Shown: positions 26,568 through 36,872, numbered from the stretch's first letter. The stretch is 55,508 bases of DNA from an uncultured Acidobacteriota bacterium (GCA_913043225.1 CAJWLU010000023.1:1-55508), one strand, 5' to 3'. Notes: generated by a model from the letters alone, not told the origin. Made by a program: numbers and translations.

Positions 26568-27587
26568 GTGCGACGACTGACATGCGTAGCTGCCGTCGTG
26601 TTGACGGCGGTCGGGCTTGGGGCGCAGTCGGGTCGTTTTCCTGAACGGCTCCCGCTCGATCAGCTCGATGTCTCGCCACCGGCGACCCGCGTGACCGGCG
26701 ACCTCGGGTCTCTTCGCGCGCACCGGGTAGCGTGTCCCTCTCAGGATCTCACCGGGGCCGCCCTGCGTCGCCGCATCGTGGACGTGACAGTCCAGGAGTG
26801 GAGCTTCTTCGGTCACGCCGTGCTCGACTACACCCGGCCAGACGTGTTCGACCGCGCACGTATTCGTCGCCGCGGCTGGTCCCTGCTCGATCGTGAGGAG
26901 ACGGTGCGGGTCGCCGACTCGATCGCCGGCTACTGGACCGTGACGCCCGAAGGAAGCTGGATTATCGAGAACCAGAATCGCCGCTGGCATCAGTTCGGTG
27001 TGGCCTCGCGCTGGCGCACGCCCTGGTCGGCGGCCTTCATCTCCTGGGTGATGTGCGAGAGCGGGCTCGACGAAAGGGAACAGTTTCGGCGCGCGGTCGC
27101 GCATCACACCTACATCGACCAGGCGATTCGCGCCCGCGACGGTGCGGCGGCATCGGCTGCGTTCACGGCCTACGATATCGGCGAGGCGCCGATTGCGCCC
27201 GGCGACCTCCTGTGCAGTGGACGCCGGCCCGTCTATCGGTCGGTAGCCGAGCGGCGGCACCAGATGGGCGAGGGGGCCCGCATGCATTGCGACATCGTGG
27301 TCAAGCTCGAGCCGGACCGTTTCCGCATCCTCGCCATCGGCGGCAACGTACGAGCCACGGTCGGTCTCAAGTTGCTGCCCGCCGAGGTCGACGCCCAGGT
27401 CGGCGTCCTCCCGGCCGGCGGACCCCGACCGATGTTCGTTCATCTCAAGCTCGCCGCGGACCCGATCGCCCCCGACGCGCTCGACGACACTCCGACCCTG
27501 CGCGCCCTGAGCTGCGCGGGTCGAGCCTGGCCAGAGTCGCTCCGGGTGGCCTCGATCGCGCCGCCGGACCCCGCGGCCCACTGTTGA
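26568..27587 (+). CDS. DUF2272 domain protein (NlpC/P60-CHAP-like)
   Basis: PWSAAFISWVM, HHTYI, PGDLLC, HCDIVV, IGGNV. Confidence 0.8.
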   Translation: MRRLTCVAAVVLTAVGLGAQSGRFPERLPLDQLDVSPPATRVTGDLGSLRAHRVACPSQDLTGAALRRRIVDVTVQEWSFFGHAVLDYTRPDVFDRARIRRRGWSLLDREETVRVADSIAGYWTVTPEGSWIIENQNRRWHQFGVASRWRTPWSAAFISWVMCESGLDEREQFRRAVAHHTYIDQAIRARDGAAASAAFTAYDIGEAPIAPGDLLCSGRRPVYRSVAERRHQMGEGARMHCDIVVKLEPDRFRILAIGGNVRATVGLKLLPAEVDAQVGVLPAGGPRPMFVHLKLAADPIAPDALDDTPTLRALSCAGRAWPESLRVASIAPPDPAAHC

Positions 27588-27636
27588 TTCAGATAGACTG
27601 GTTGCCCGCTATTGACAGGAAGTCCGAGGAGGACCG

Positions 27637-28356
27637 ATGAAAGCCACTGCTATTGCCCCGTGCGCCATCGCTGCGCTACTGCTTGCTGCTACGTCTGGTG
27701 CGCAGTCCCAGGTCATCGATCTCCGTGCGTCTGACGGCGTCGTGCTCAAGGCGACCTATACCTCGCCAGGGCAGCCGGGTCCTGGCATGCTGTTCATCCA
27801 CCAGTGCAACATGGACCGGAGCTCGTGGACGAGCATCGCGAGCGAGCTCGTCGACGCCGGCGTCCACGTCCTCACGCTCGACCTGCGCGGCTTTGGCGAG
27901 AGCGGCGGCGAGGGGATGTCGGCCGGGTTTCCGACCCTGCTCCAGAAGTCGGCCGACGACGCCGACATGGCCTACGAGTATCTGGCGGCGCAGCCGGGTG
28001 TCGACACCGACCGGATGGGTGTGGGCGGCGCCAGCTGCGGCGGGATGATCAACGCGGATCTGGCGGCCCGCAAGCCAGTCGAGGCATTGATGCTCCTATC
28101 GAGTCCGCCCAGCGCGGCGGCAGTCGAGAACATGGCTGCGTCACCGGAGCTGGCGGTGTTCGGCGCGGCCACCGAGGATGATCCGGTGACTCAGGGTGTC
28201 GCCGATGCTCTACGGGCAGCCGTCGCCGGGTCCGGGCATCCGAGCTCGAAAGCCATGATCTACGAGGGCACCGAGCATGGGCTCCCGATGTTCGAGAAAA
28301 ACCCGGACCTTGAGCCGGCGCTGCTCGACTGGCTGAAGGCCGAACTGACGAACTAA
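27637..28356 (+). CDS. Secreted alpha/beta hydrolase
   Basis: DLRGFGES, GASCG nucleophile elbow, C-terminal HG. Confidence 0.85.
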   Translation: MKATAIAPCAIAALLLAATSGAQSQVIDLRASDGVVLKATYTSPGQPGPGMLFIHQCNMDRSSWTSIASELVDAGVHVLTLDLRGFGESGGEGMSAGFPTLLQKSADDADMAYEYLAAQPGVDTDRMGVGGASCGGMINADLAARKPVEALMLLSSPPSAAAVENMAASPELAVFGAATEDDPVTQGVADALRAAVAGSGHPSSKAMIYEGTEHGLPMFEKNPDLEPALLDWLKAELTN

Positions 28357-28370
28357 CTTTGGAGGGAGCA

Positions 28371-29303
28371 ATGCGACGTGTCATGTGCTTGGCGGGTCTG
28401 ACCGCCGTCGGCGTGATTTTCACTGTGGCGGCCCAGGAGGCGCGGCAGCCCCGGCCAGAGATCTACGGGATCAAACGGGTATCTGAGCAGCTGTATGTCC
28501 TGATCAACGACCCGATGAGCAATGCCATGGAAACCGGAGGCAATACCGCGGTCTGGGTCATGGATTCGGGGGTGCTGCTGGTCGACACGAAGATCGCCGG
28601 CTACGGACAGAGCATCATCGATCATGTGGCCAAGATCACGCATCTGCCGGTGACGACGATCGTCAATACCCACACTCATTACGACCACAGTGGCACGAAC
28701 GTCGAGTTCCCCGACACGGTCGACTTCGTTGTGCACGAAAATACGCTCGCCCAGATGTCGCGCGAGACGTGTGCGTCGGTGACCAACTGCGACGCGTTCA
28801 AGGGCGAGGGCGCCAGGTATCTGCCCAAGACCACGTATTCGGATCGGCACACCTTGTTCAGCGGCGACGACCGGGTCGAGCTGCATCATTTCGGTCGGGG
28901 CCACACCGACGGGGACACGTTCGTGGTGTTCCCGTCCGCCGGAGCTATGCACACCGGCGACATGTTCCAGCGGATGACGAGCGGGTTTCCATTCATCGAC
29001 GTCGAGAACGGCAACGGCAGTGCCCTAGAGTTCGGCGCGACGCTCGAACGGGCAGTGGCCGGCATCAGCGGTGTGGACACCGTGATCCCAGGGCACAACA
29101 CCTGGGTGGTCGCCTGGAACGACTTCGTCGCCTTCACGGGGTTCTACAACGACATGCTGGAGCAGGTGAGGGCCAGCCACGCCGCCGGCCGCAGTGTCGA
29201 GGAGGCGGCGGAGGCCTACCGCGTGCCGGCCGAGTTCAGCCGGTTCCCCGCGCCGCCGGAGAACGTCCGGCGGGCGGTCGGGTGGGCCTACGACGAACTG
29301 TGA
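28371..29303 (+). CDS. MBL-fold metallo-hydrolase (cyclase-like), secreted
   Basis: NTHTHYDHSGTN, GHTDGD, HTGD, PGH; paralog of 6520-7455. Confidence 0.9.
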   Translation: MRRVMCLAGLTAVGVIFTVAAQEARQPRPEIYGIKRVSEQLYVLINDPMSNAMETGGNTAVWVMDSGVLLVDTKIAGYGQSIIDHVAKITHLPVTTIVNTHTHYDHSGTNVEFPDTVDFVVHENTLAQMSRETCASVTNCDAFKGEGARYLPKTTYSDRHTLFSGDDRVELHHFGRGHTDGDTFVVFPSAGAMHTGDMFQRMTSGFPFIDVENGNGSALEFGATLERAVAGISGVDTVIPGHNTWVVAWNDFVAFTGFYNDMLEQVRASHAAGRSVEEAAEAYRVPAEFSRFPAPPENVRRAVGWAYDEL

Positions 29304-29347
29304 CCAGTCGGTCGAGCCCGTGACGCTCGCTGTAGGGGGAACTCGAG

Positions 29348-30274
29348 ATGACCAGATACGGACTCGTGGCTGCGCTCGGTGGATGGATGGTGCTGGTGGC
29401 CGGCGGCCCCCTTGCGGCCCAGGAGTTGCCCCGCACAGCCTGGGGTGACCCGGATCTGATGGGCACTTGGTCGTACGCCTCGCTAACTCCGCTCCAGCGG
29501 CCCACATTAATGGCTGAGAAGGAGTTCTTCACGCCCGAAGAGGCCGCCCAGCGGAACTTCGCAGTGACCCAGGACCAGCCGGATTCGCCCGGCAGCGTGG
29601 GGTCCTACAACGCGCTCTGGTTTGACCGGGGCGAGGTCGCCGAGGATCTCCGTACCGCGTTGATTGTCGACCCGCCGAACGGGCGGCTGCCGACCCGGAC
29701 CGAGACCGACCGGCACGCTGAGGCGCGCCGCGCCTATCTTCGCGATCACCCCGCCGATTCATGGCTGGACCGGAGTAACTGGGACCGCTGCATCACCTAT
29801 CACGGTGTGCCACCGGTCTCGACCGGATACAACAACACCTACCAGATCCTGCAGACGCCGACCCATGTGGCCATTCGGGTGGAGAATATCCACGACGTGC
29901 GGATCATCCCGATCGACGGGCGTCCGAAGCTCACCGACGCAATCCGTCAGTGGAATGGCGACTCGCGGGCCTTCTGGGAGGGAGACACGCTGGTGGTCGA
30001 GACGGCGAACTTCAGTGACCAGACGGTGCACCGTTTCCCCTCGTCACCGACGACTAAGGCCGTCGAGCGTTTCAGGCGGGTCAGCGAGGATCGGATCGAC
30101 TATCAGTTCACGATCGAGGACCCGACGGTCTATACCGGGACGTGGACCGCGGTCAGGCCGATGCCCAGGCTGGACGACTACGTCATCTATGAGTACGCGT
30201 GCCACGAAGGTAACTACGCCATGACCAACATCCTGCTAGCCGAGCGGTCGCAGGAGGCGGCGCGCGGCCAGTAG
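29348..30274 (+). CDS. Conserved secreted hypothetical protein
   Basis: PRTAWGDPDLMGTW, IVDPPNGRLP, WEGDTLVVET, YEYACHEGNY. Confidence 0.8.
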   Translation: MTRYGLVAALGGWMVLVAGGPLAAQELPRTAWGDPDLMGTWSYASLTPLQRPTLMAEKEFFTPEEAAQRNFAVTQDQPDSPGSVGSYNALWFDRGEVAEDLRTALIVDPPNGRLPTRTETDRHAEARRAYLRDHPADSWLDRSNWDRCITYHGVPPVSTGYNNTYQILQTPTHVAIRVENIHDVRIIPIDGRPKLTDAIRQWNGDSRAFWEGDTLVVETANFSDQTVHRFPSSPTTKAVERFRRVSEDRIDYQFTIEDPTVYTGTWTAVRPMPRLDDYVIYEYACHEGNYAMTNILLAERSQEAARGQ

Positions 30275-30306
30275 CAGGACGAGTCGTAGGTTCGTCCGAC
30301 AGGACC

Positions 30307-30490
30307 ATGTCGTCTCGAGTGAGTACGGTGACCGCACTGACGACGCTGAGCGTACTTTCGTCTTGGGCGGCCGACGCGCAAGACTCCAGCCAGCACTCCC
30401 ATCCTTCGTTGCAGCGGCCGCCCGGTGATCGTGACGTTATCGCGCGCGGGCGAGCGCTGTACGGTCCCAGCTGTTCGCGTTTGTGATGTA
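30307..30490 (+). pseudogene. Truncated c-type cytochrome N-terminus
   Basis: AGGA RBS; signal-like start then QRPPGDRDVIARGRALYGPSCSR; a 1-nt shift gives C-S-R-C-D (decayed CxxCH); stop at 30486. Confidence 0.5.
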
Positions 30491-30511
30491 GTAGGCCGCA
30501 TAGCTTGCGGC

Positions 30512-30997
30512 ATGAAGTTACTCGCGCAGACCAACCTCGCCTGGATGCGCTATCCGCTCGACGACCCGCGGATGGCGCCGATGCGTGACGAGATCGACCG
30601 CATCAACCGCCTTGGCGACGCTTCGCCGGGCTGTGTCTGGCGTTTCGAGACCCCCGACGGCGACGCTACCGCCGTGCGAGTGCTCGATGATCCCCGCATT
30701 CTGTTCAATCTGACGATCTGGCGGTCGATCGACGACCTCCGGCACTACGTGTATCGCACCGAGCATGCCGACTTTTTCCGGCGCAGGCGGGAGTGGTTCA
30801 TTCGTCCCCCGCAACCGCCAGTGGCCATGTGGTGGGTGGCCGAGAGCGAGCGGCCGTCGGTTTCGGACGCCATGGAGCGTCTGGAGCGCTTGTGGCGGGA
30901 GGGACCGTCGCCCGAGGTCTTCAGTCTGGCTGATGCATGGGATGCCGACGGCCGCCCGGTCAGTTGGACCCGACGATCGCCTCGCACAAACGGGTGA
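30512..30997 (+). CDS. DUF3291 family protein
   Basis: LAQTNLA.MRYPLDDP.M, SPGCVWR, NLTIW.SI.DL, H..F.RRRREWF, MWWV. Confidence 0.85.
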   Translation: MKLLAQTNLAWMRYPLDDPRMAPMRDEIDRINRLGDASPGCVWRFETPDGDATAVRVLDDPRILFNLTIWRSIDDLRHYVYRTEHADFFRRRREWFIRPPQPPVAMWWVAESERPSVSDAMERLERLWREGPSPEVFSLADAWDADGRPVSWTRRSPRTNG

Positions 30998-31946
30998 CCC
31001 GCTCGGTGTCGGCTAGTGTGCACCCGACCCCGCGGGGCTTCCCGTGGACGCAGCTGGCGATGAACTCCTCCAGTTGTCCACGGAGTCCCGGTTTGTAGGT
31101 CAGATCCGCTTTCAGGCTGATCTCCACCTGCGGCGAGTAGCGGCGGATCGGATGCTCGGGTGTTGGGTCGGCCACATCCATCCCGTGATACACGGTCAGG
31201 GTTTCGAGCGGGGACAGCTCGTAGATCCGATCGCTGAAGTGCAGCGCGAGTCGGTGCCGGCTGGGTGCGTCGAAGTTGATCCGCAGGTGAACAGGCACAT
31301 CGGTGGCGGTGGCCACGAGCAGTCCGTTGTAGGCGGCAAACCCGCCGTCGTCCCGTCGTCCCGTGCGGTGCATTTGCTCGACCCGCAGGTCGCCCAGCAG
31401 GTGCAGCAGTAGATCGAGCGGGTGCGACGTCCGTGACAGCAGCCCCATCGTGGGCACCCAAGCCGGCGCCGACGCGAAATCCGCGTCGAGCGGATCGGGG
31501 AAGCTTCCTTCGACCGACAGCAGCGTGCGGGTGCTGAGCGCCTGCCGCACCTCCGGAAGGAACTCGTAGAACCGGCGGTTGTGACCGATCAGGGTCCGTT
31601 CCCCGAGAGGTGTCGGACGCTCGAGCCACTCGCGCAGCCTGCGGGATGACAGCGCGGGCGGTTTCTCGATCAGGCTCGGGATGCCGGCTTCGAGTACCTG
31701 CTCGGCGATGTCGGCCGTGCGATCCCAGGGGGTGGCGACCAGCAGCGCTTCCACCACGTTTCGGTCCATCGCGAGGAGGTCCTCGACTCGGTCGCACGCC
31801 CGGCCAACCTGAAAGTCGTCCATGAATCGGCGACGGCGGTCAGAGTCGCCCGTCGTGCAGACCGTATCGATCTGATGACCCAGACCACGGACGACTGCTG
31901 CATGGTGGCGCGCCATCGGCCCGCACCCGATGAAGCCGAACTTCAA
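30960..31946 (-). CDS. Gfo/Idh/MocA family oxidoreductase
   Basis: GFIGCGPMARHH, LIEKP, GHNRRF, HPLDL. Confidence 0.85.
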   Translation of the reverse strand: MKFGFIGCGPMARHHAAVVRGLGHQIDTVCTTGDSDRRRRFMDDFQVGRACDRVEDLLAMDRNVVEALLVATPWDRTADIAEQVLEAGIPSLIEKPPALSSRRLREWLERPTPLGERTLIGHNRRFYEFLPEVRQALSTRTLLSVEGSFPDPLDADFASAPAWVPTMGLLSRTSHPLDLLLHLLGDLRVEQMHRTGRRDDGGFAAYNGLLVATATDVPVHLRINFDAPSRHRLALHFSDRIYELSPLETLTVYHGMDVADPTPEHPIRRYSPQVEISLKADLTYKPGLRGQLEEFIASCVHGKPRGVGCTLADTERVTRLCEAIVGSN

Positions 31947-33151
31947 CGGCTTTTATCCATCGCGTCGTCGGCTACCGGTTGCGCCGAGACCGGACGCCGC
32001 GCCGCGTTCCACCGGATGTCTGGCACGAAGACTGACTGGCGCTTCAGGATCTCGCCACGATGATCCGTCAGGTCGTCGAGCACTCGTCCCAGCTCGGTCT
32101 CGACGTCCGTGGTGGGCTCGTAGCCCAGGTCGCGAAGACCCTGGTGGTCGGGGTTGTAGTGGTGGTCTTCCCGCTCGACGCGCGGGTTCTCGAGCGGCTG
32201 GATGGTGACATCGAGTCCTTTGCGGTTCCCCACCGCGCGCACCTTTTCGGCCAGCTCGGTGACGGAGTACACCTCCTGGAACTGATTTAGCACCCGATAC
32301 TCGCCTTCCCCCGGAGGGTGGTCGAGCGCCAGTGTCAGGCAGGCCATCGAGTCGGCCAGGGGAAGGAAGCCGCGCCGTTGGTGACCGGAGCCGTAGGGCG
32401 TCAACGCATGACCGATCACGGCCTGGGCGCAGAAACGGTTGATCGTCGTGCCGAAGGCCTGATCGATATCGAACCGGGTATTCAGCCGCGCCTCGGTCGG
32501 GTCCAGCCCGGTGCCGAAGACGACACCCTGCATGATGTCAGTCGCAGCCAAGCCCCAGAGCCGACAGGCGAACATCACGTTGTTCGAGTCGTGCACCTTC
32601 GTCCAGTGATACCAGCTGCCTGCCTGTCGCGGGAACGGCAACGTGTCGGTCCGCCCCCGGTAGTCGACGGTAAAGAACCCTTCCGGAATGTCGAGGTTTG
32701 GGGTCCCGTACTCTCCCATCGTGCCCAGTTTGAGCAGGTGGGCGTCTGGGCACGCTTCCCGCATCGCATACAGCACGTTCAGCGTGCCGATCACGTTGTT
32801 CTGGTGGGTGAAGACGCAGTGGTCAACGTCGATCATGCTGTAAGGCGCAGACGGCATCTCGCCTAGATGGACGACGGCATCCGGTCGCACGTCGGCCAGC
32901 GCGTCTCGCACGAAGCGGTAGTCGCAGAGGTCGCCCTCGAAGAACCGGAGATCGCGGCCGAAGCGGCTCCGGAAGGCATCGAGCCGTTCCGGCATGGGCG
33001 CGATCGGCACGACGGACCCCGAGCCCATCTCCTCGACCCAGGCGCGACGCAGGAAGCGGTCGGCACCAGAGATGTCGGCCCCGCGCCCGGCCAGGTGTCT
33101 GGCGAGTGACCAGCCGAGATAACCGTCGATGCCCGCGATGAAGACCTTCAT
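31943..33151 (-). CDS. sqdB: UDP-sulfoquinovose synthase
   Basis: GIDGYLGW, HLGEMPSAPYSM, KLGTMGEYGTPN, GSWYHWTKVHDS, TDIMQGVVFG. Confidence 0.9.
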   Translation of the reverse strand: MKVFIAGIDGYLGWSLARHLAGRGADISGADRFLRRAWVEEMGSGSVVPIAPMPERLDAFRSRFGRDLRFFEGDLCDYRFVRDALADVRPDAVVHLGEMPSAPYSMIDVDHCVFTHQNNVIGTLNVLYAMREACPDAHLLKLGTMGEYGTPNLDIPEGFFTVDYRGRTDTLPFPRQAGSWYHWTKVHDSNNVMFACRLWGLAATDIMQGVVFGTGLDPTEARLNTRFDIDQAFGTTINRFCAQAVIGHALTPYGSGHQRRGFLPLADSMACLTLALDHPPGEGEYRVLNQFQEVYSVTELAEKVRAVGNRKGLDVTIQPLENPRVEREDHHYNPDHQGLRDLGYEPTTDVETELGRVLDDLTDHRGEILKRQSVFVPDIRWNAARRPVSAQPVADDAMDKSR

Positions 33152-33220
33152 TTGCTGTGGTGTACCTGCCTGGGCGCTAGAACCGACACAGTGTAGCCTA
33201 CTGGCCCGGTCGGGTCGTAC

Positions 33221-33505
33221 TTGGCGCTGGGACTACGATGGAACGCTCCAGGACGAGAACCTGAGCGCCAGCCGCAACTTCGAGTTTGCCCGCAACCTCT
33301 CCTTCAATGCGGACAGCCGGCGCGACATGGAGCGTTTCGGCGAGATCGACTTCGAGAGATCGGAGTAATCGATCGGCGGCAGCAGCGTCGACATTTCGAG
33401 AGTCCTGTCTCTCAGAGCTCGCTATCGACTGTTCTTCAGTCGAGACCTGCGCCGGACGATCCGGGCGATCTTCACCAGAATCGGATATCTCTCCCGCTAT
33501 GTAGG
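33221..33505 (+). pseudogene. Fragmentary remnant of a DUF5916-type outer-membrane protein gene
   Basis: Pieces RWDYDGTLQDE...FARNLSFNADSRRDMERFGEIDF and DLRRTIRAIFTRIGYLSRY (C-terminal-like); no start codon. Confidence 0.45.
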
Positions 33506-33552
33506 CCCTTGTCCCGGCGGGTTGGGGTCGGGTCTTGTAGACTCACGGTTCG

Positions 33553-34200
33553 ATGTTTATCCGCCGAGTCCTTGTCTCCCTCGCGAGCGTCCTGCTGGCG
33601 GCGGCCCCGTGGTCCGCCTATGTCCGGTCGGCGGAGGAGCGGGCGCACAGGCTCGTGATCGTTGTCGACAACGCTGACGACCCCCGGATCGGTCTGACGC
33701 GCGAGGCGATCGGCTTCTGGAACCAGACGCTGGCCGATCTGGGCCTCGACCTCGAGTTGCAGGAGGCCGAGCTTCTGGTGACCTCGGCCCAAGCGCGAGC
33801 GATTGAGACGTTCGCGCGCTTCGTGTCTCAGCGTGGCGGTCGGATGCCCAAGGGAACCAATGGGCCGGCCCCGCCGGAGACGCTGGCTCAGCTGGACGGC
33901 GACGTCGTGGTGCTGCTGTCTCGACAGCAGCTGTTGCCGTTCGCCTGGCCGCTCGTCGGGCGACCCGACTACTTCGTCGCGATCCGCCAGCTGGAGCGCC
34001 GACGTCCCGGGGACGAGCGCGTGCTCCGGAACGTCATCGCGCACGAACTGGGACATACGCTCGGGCTTTCACATCATCGGACGAGCTTCACGCTAATGTG
34101 CGCCCCGTGCTCCTCGGTGGCGGCCGCTGACCAGACCTTGGAGTGGCTGCCCTTGACCGACCTCGACCTAGCTCGCCTCCGAGCGCGATATGCGCAGTAG
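33553..34200 (+). CDS. Matrixin-like (metzincin) secreted metalloprotease
   Basis: HELGHTLGLSH plus Met-turn TLMC; signal peptide. Confidence 0.85.
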   Translation: MFIRRVLVSLASVLLAAAPWSAYVRSAEERAHRLVIVVDNADDPRIGLTREAIGFWNQTLADLGLDLELQEAELLVTSAQARAIETFARFVSQRGGRMPKGTNGPAPPETLAQLDGDVVVLLSRQQLLPFAWPLVGRPDYFVAIRQLERRRPGDERVLRNVIAHELGHTLGLSHHRTSFTLMCAPCSSVAAADQTLEWLPLTDLDLARLRARYAQ

Positions 34201-34235
34201 CGGCGTCTTGCCGCGCTTGCGCCACTCCGACGACA

Positions 34236-35495
34236 ATGGCTCTCGTGATTCCTAAGGTGCAGGTGCGAGCGACAGGATGCTGTCTCGTCGCGTGGCTGCT
34301 GGCGGCCGCGCCAGGCGCCGCACAGGACTGGCCGCAGTGGCGCGGGCCGGCGCGGGATGGGGTCGTGTCCGCCGCGGTCACGCCTGACGCTTGGCCGGCG
34401 GCCTGGCAGCGCGCCTGGGCGTTCGAGATCGGCGAGGGCTACGCGTCCCCGGTCGTGGTTGGCGATCGAGCCTATACCTTCAGCCGGCAGGATCCGCTCG
34501 AGGTCGTCACTGCCCTGTCCTTAACCGACGGCACTGTTTTCTGGCAGCATCTGTATCAGGCGCCGTTCGAGAAGAATCCCTACGCGCTCAAGATGGCTAA
34601 GGGTCCCTACGCTACGCCGTTGGTCGATGGCGGCCGCCTCTACACGGTGGGGGTGAGCGGCATCGTCTCGGCGTGGTCGCTTGACGACGGGCGTCCGCTA
34701 TGGCGTCGCAGCTTCGTCGACCTTGTCGACTCGACGGCCCTGTTCGGTGGCACGGCGGCGTCGCCGCTGATGGTCGACGGGCTGCTGGTGGTACAGGTGG
34801 GGAGCGACGTGCATGGCGGCGTGGTGCTGGCCCTGGACTCGACGGACGGTGCTGAGCGGTGGCGTCTGGAAGGGCCCATGCCAGGCTACGCCTCCCCCAT
34901 CCGGTTCGACGCTGGCGGCGTAGGCCACTTGGTCGTGGTGACCCAGGAGTCGCTGGCTGGACTCGATCCGGCGACCGGTGTCCCCCGCTGGACCATTCCG
35001 TTCCTCGACGAGTTGCTTGAGAACATCGTGACGCCGGTCTGGACCGGGGCCGAGCTCATCATGTCCGGTACCCGGGCCGGCACGCACGCTTACCGCCTCG
35101 TCAAGGAGGAGGGCGCGTGGAGCTACACTGAGATCTGGACGAACCCCGAGGTCACGTTTTACATGAGCTCGCCGGTCCTGGGCGACGGGTTGCTGTACGG
35201 TCTCTCGTCGAAGAGGGCCGGCCGGTTCGTGGCGCTCGACACCGCGAGCGGCGAGGTGACCTGGTCGAGCGAGGGCCGTGAGGGAGAGCACGCTACAGCG
35301 TTGCTGACCGCCGAGCACCTAGTGCTGCTGACTAACGAGGCGCAGTTGCTGGTGGTTGAGCGGGGCGGGGCGATCTACCGTATCGAACGGAGTTACACCG
35401 TGGCCGACAGCCAGACCTGGACGCTGCCGGTGCTGCTGGACGACGGACTGCTTGTGCGCGACGAGACGCACCTAGTGAAGCTGACCGCCGAGTGA
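34236..35495 (+). CDS. PQQ-binding-like beta-propeller protein
   Basis: QDWPQWRGPARDG, GEGYASPVV, GPYATPLVDGGRLY; start uncertain. Confidence 0.85.
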   Translation: MALVIPKVQVRATGCCLVAWLLAAAPGAAQDWPQWRGPARDGVVSAAVTPDAWPAAWQRAWAFEIGEGYASPVVVGDRAYTFSRQDPLEVVTALSLTDGTVFWQHLYQAPFEKNPYALKMAKGPYATPLVDGGRLYTVGVSGIVSAWSLDDGRPLWRRSFVDLVDSTALFGGTAASPLMVDGLLVVQVGSDVHGGVVLALDSTDGAERWRLEGPMPGYASPIRFDAGGVGHLVVVTQESLAGLDPATGVPRWTIPFLDELLENIVTPVWTGAELIMSGTRAGTHAYRLVKEEGAWSYTEIWTNPEVTFYMSSPVLGDGLLYGLSSKRAGRFVALDTASGEVTWSSEGREGEHATALLTAEHLVLLTNEAQLLVVERGGAIYRIERSYTVADSQTWTLPVLLDDGLLVRDETHLVKLTAE

Positions 35496-35521
35496 GGCGG
35501 CGGCGTGGAGGGAGTCGAGCA

Positions 35522-36844
35522 ATGACCAACCTGTACAGACGGATCGTTCGACGGTGGGTGGTTGGGCTGGCCGCGGCGGCGGTGCTGGCGTCACCGACCC
35601 TCGATGGGCTGGCGGCCGAGGACCTTCCGACGGCCGCGCCAGAGTCGGTCGGCATGTCGAGCGAGCGGTTGCAACGGATCGACGAGTACTTTCAGCGATT
35701 CGTCGACGAGGGGAAGATCGCGGGCGCGGTTAGCCTGGTCGCGCGCCACGGGAAGGTCGTGCATCACTCGGCCGTCGGGATGAACCACCTAGAGGTGGAG
35801 ACGCCGATGTCCACCGACCAGATCTTCGTTTTGATGTCGATGACCAAGCCCATTGTATCGACCGCGTTAATGATGCTGTTTGAGGAGGGGCGCTTCCGGC
35901 TCGACGATCCGATCGCGGACTGGATTCCGGAGTATGCCGACCACATGGTTCGTGAAACCGAAGGTCCGGTCGCTCGCACGGTCGCCGAGGCGCGCCCGGT
36001 CACCATCCGTCACGTCTTGACCCACACCTCCGGGCTGACACTCAGCGCGAACGGCGCGGCGCTCTCGGCCGAGGACCGTCGGTATGTCACCAACGACGGG
36101 GAGCCGTTCGCTACTCTGTCCGAGCGTGTCACCAGGGCGGCGAAGATACCAGCCGCGTTCCATCCGGGCGACCATTGGCAGTACGGGGCCTCGACCGACT
36201 ACGTCGCGGTGCTCGTGGAGCGGATCAGCGGTCAGTCGATCGCCGAATTCCTGCAAGAGCGGATTTTCGACCCGCTCGGTATGGAGGACACCTTCTATAA
36301 CGTCCCTCGGGAGAAGGTTGACCGGGTGGCCGCCGCCTACCGCCGGGTTGATGACGGCATGGAACTGCTGAGGGCGCCAGGGTTCAGGGAGCCGACCACC
36401 TACTTTCCCGGCGTGGCTGGGCTCAGTGGCACCTCGTCCGACTACTTCCGGTTCGCCCAGATGGTGGCTAACGGGGGCGAGCTCAACGGCCTCCGGTTGC
36501 TTGGGCGGAAGACGGTCGATCTGATGGTCAGCAACCACACCGACGACATGGATGTTTACATTCGTGGTACGGGCTACGGGTTCGGTCTCGGCTTCGGAGT
36601 GCTGGTCGACCCGACCAAGTCGTTTGACACTATGTCGGCGGGTGGCTACGGGTGGGGTGGCGCGTGGGGCACCCTCTACTTTGCCGATCCGGCCGAAGAC
36701 CTCGTCGGGCTCATGTTTATCCAGCTGGCGGGGCATGGCCCGTTGAACATCAGACAGATGTTTACGAATGTGGTCAGTCAGGCGGTCGTCGACAGCGTGG
36801 CGGACCAGGCGCCCAAGATCCGCGGCTACCTGGCGACCCCGTAG
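35522..36844 (+). CDS. Serine hydrolase (class C beta-lactamase-like)
   Basis: SMTK (SxxK), LTHTSG, PG.HWQYG, IFDPLGMEDT, YGWGG.WGT. Confidence 0.9.
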   Translation: MTNLYRRIVRRWVVGLAAAAVLASPTLDGLAAEDLPTAAPESVGMSSERLQRIDEYFQRFVDEGKIAGAVSLVARHGKVVHHSAVGMNHLEVETPMSTDQIFVLMSMTKPIVSTALMMLFEEGRFRLDDPIADWIPEYADHMVRETEGPVARTVAEARPVTIRHVLTHTSGLTLSANGAALSAEDRRYVTNDGEPFATLSERVTRAAKIPAAFHPGDHWQYGASTDYVAVLVERISGQSIAEFLQERIFDPLGMEDTFYNVPREKVDRVAAAYRRVDDGMELLRAPGFREPTTYFPGVAGLSGTSSDYFRFAQMVANGGELNGLRLLGRKTVDLMVSNHTDDMDVYIRGTGYGFGLGFGVLVDPTKSFDTMSAGGYGWGGAWGTLYFADPAEDLVGLMFIQLAGHGPLNIRQMFTNVVSQAVVDSVADQAPKIRGYLATP

Positions 36845-36872
36845 GGCCGGTTTCCGCCCCGCCATTAAACGC

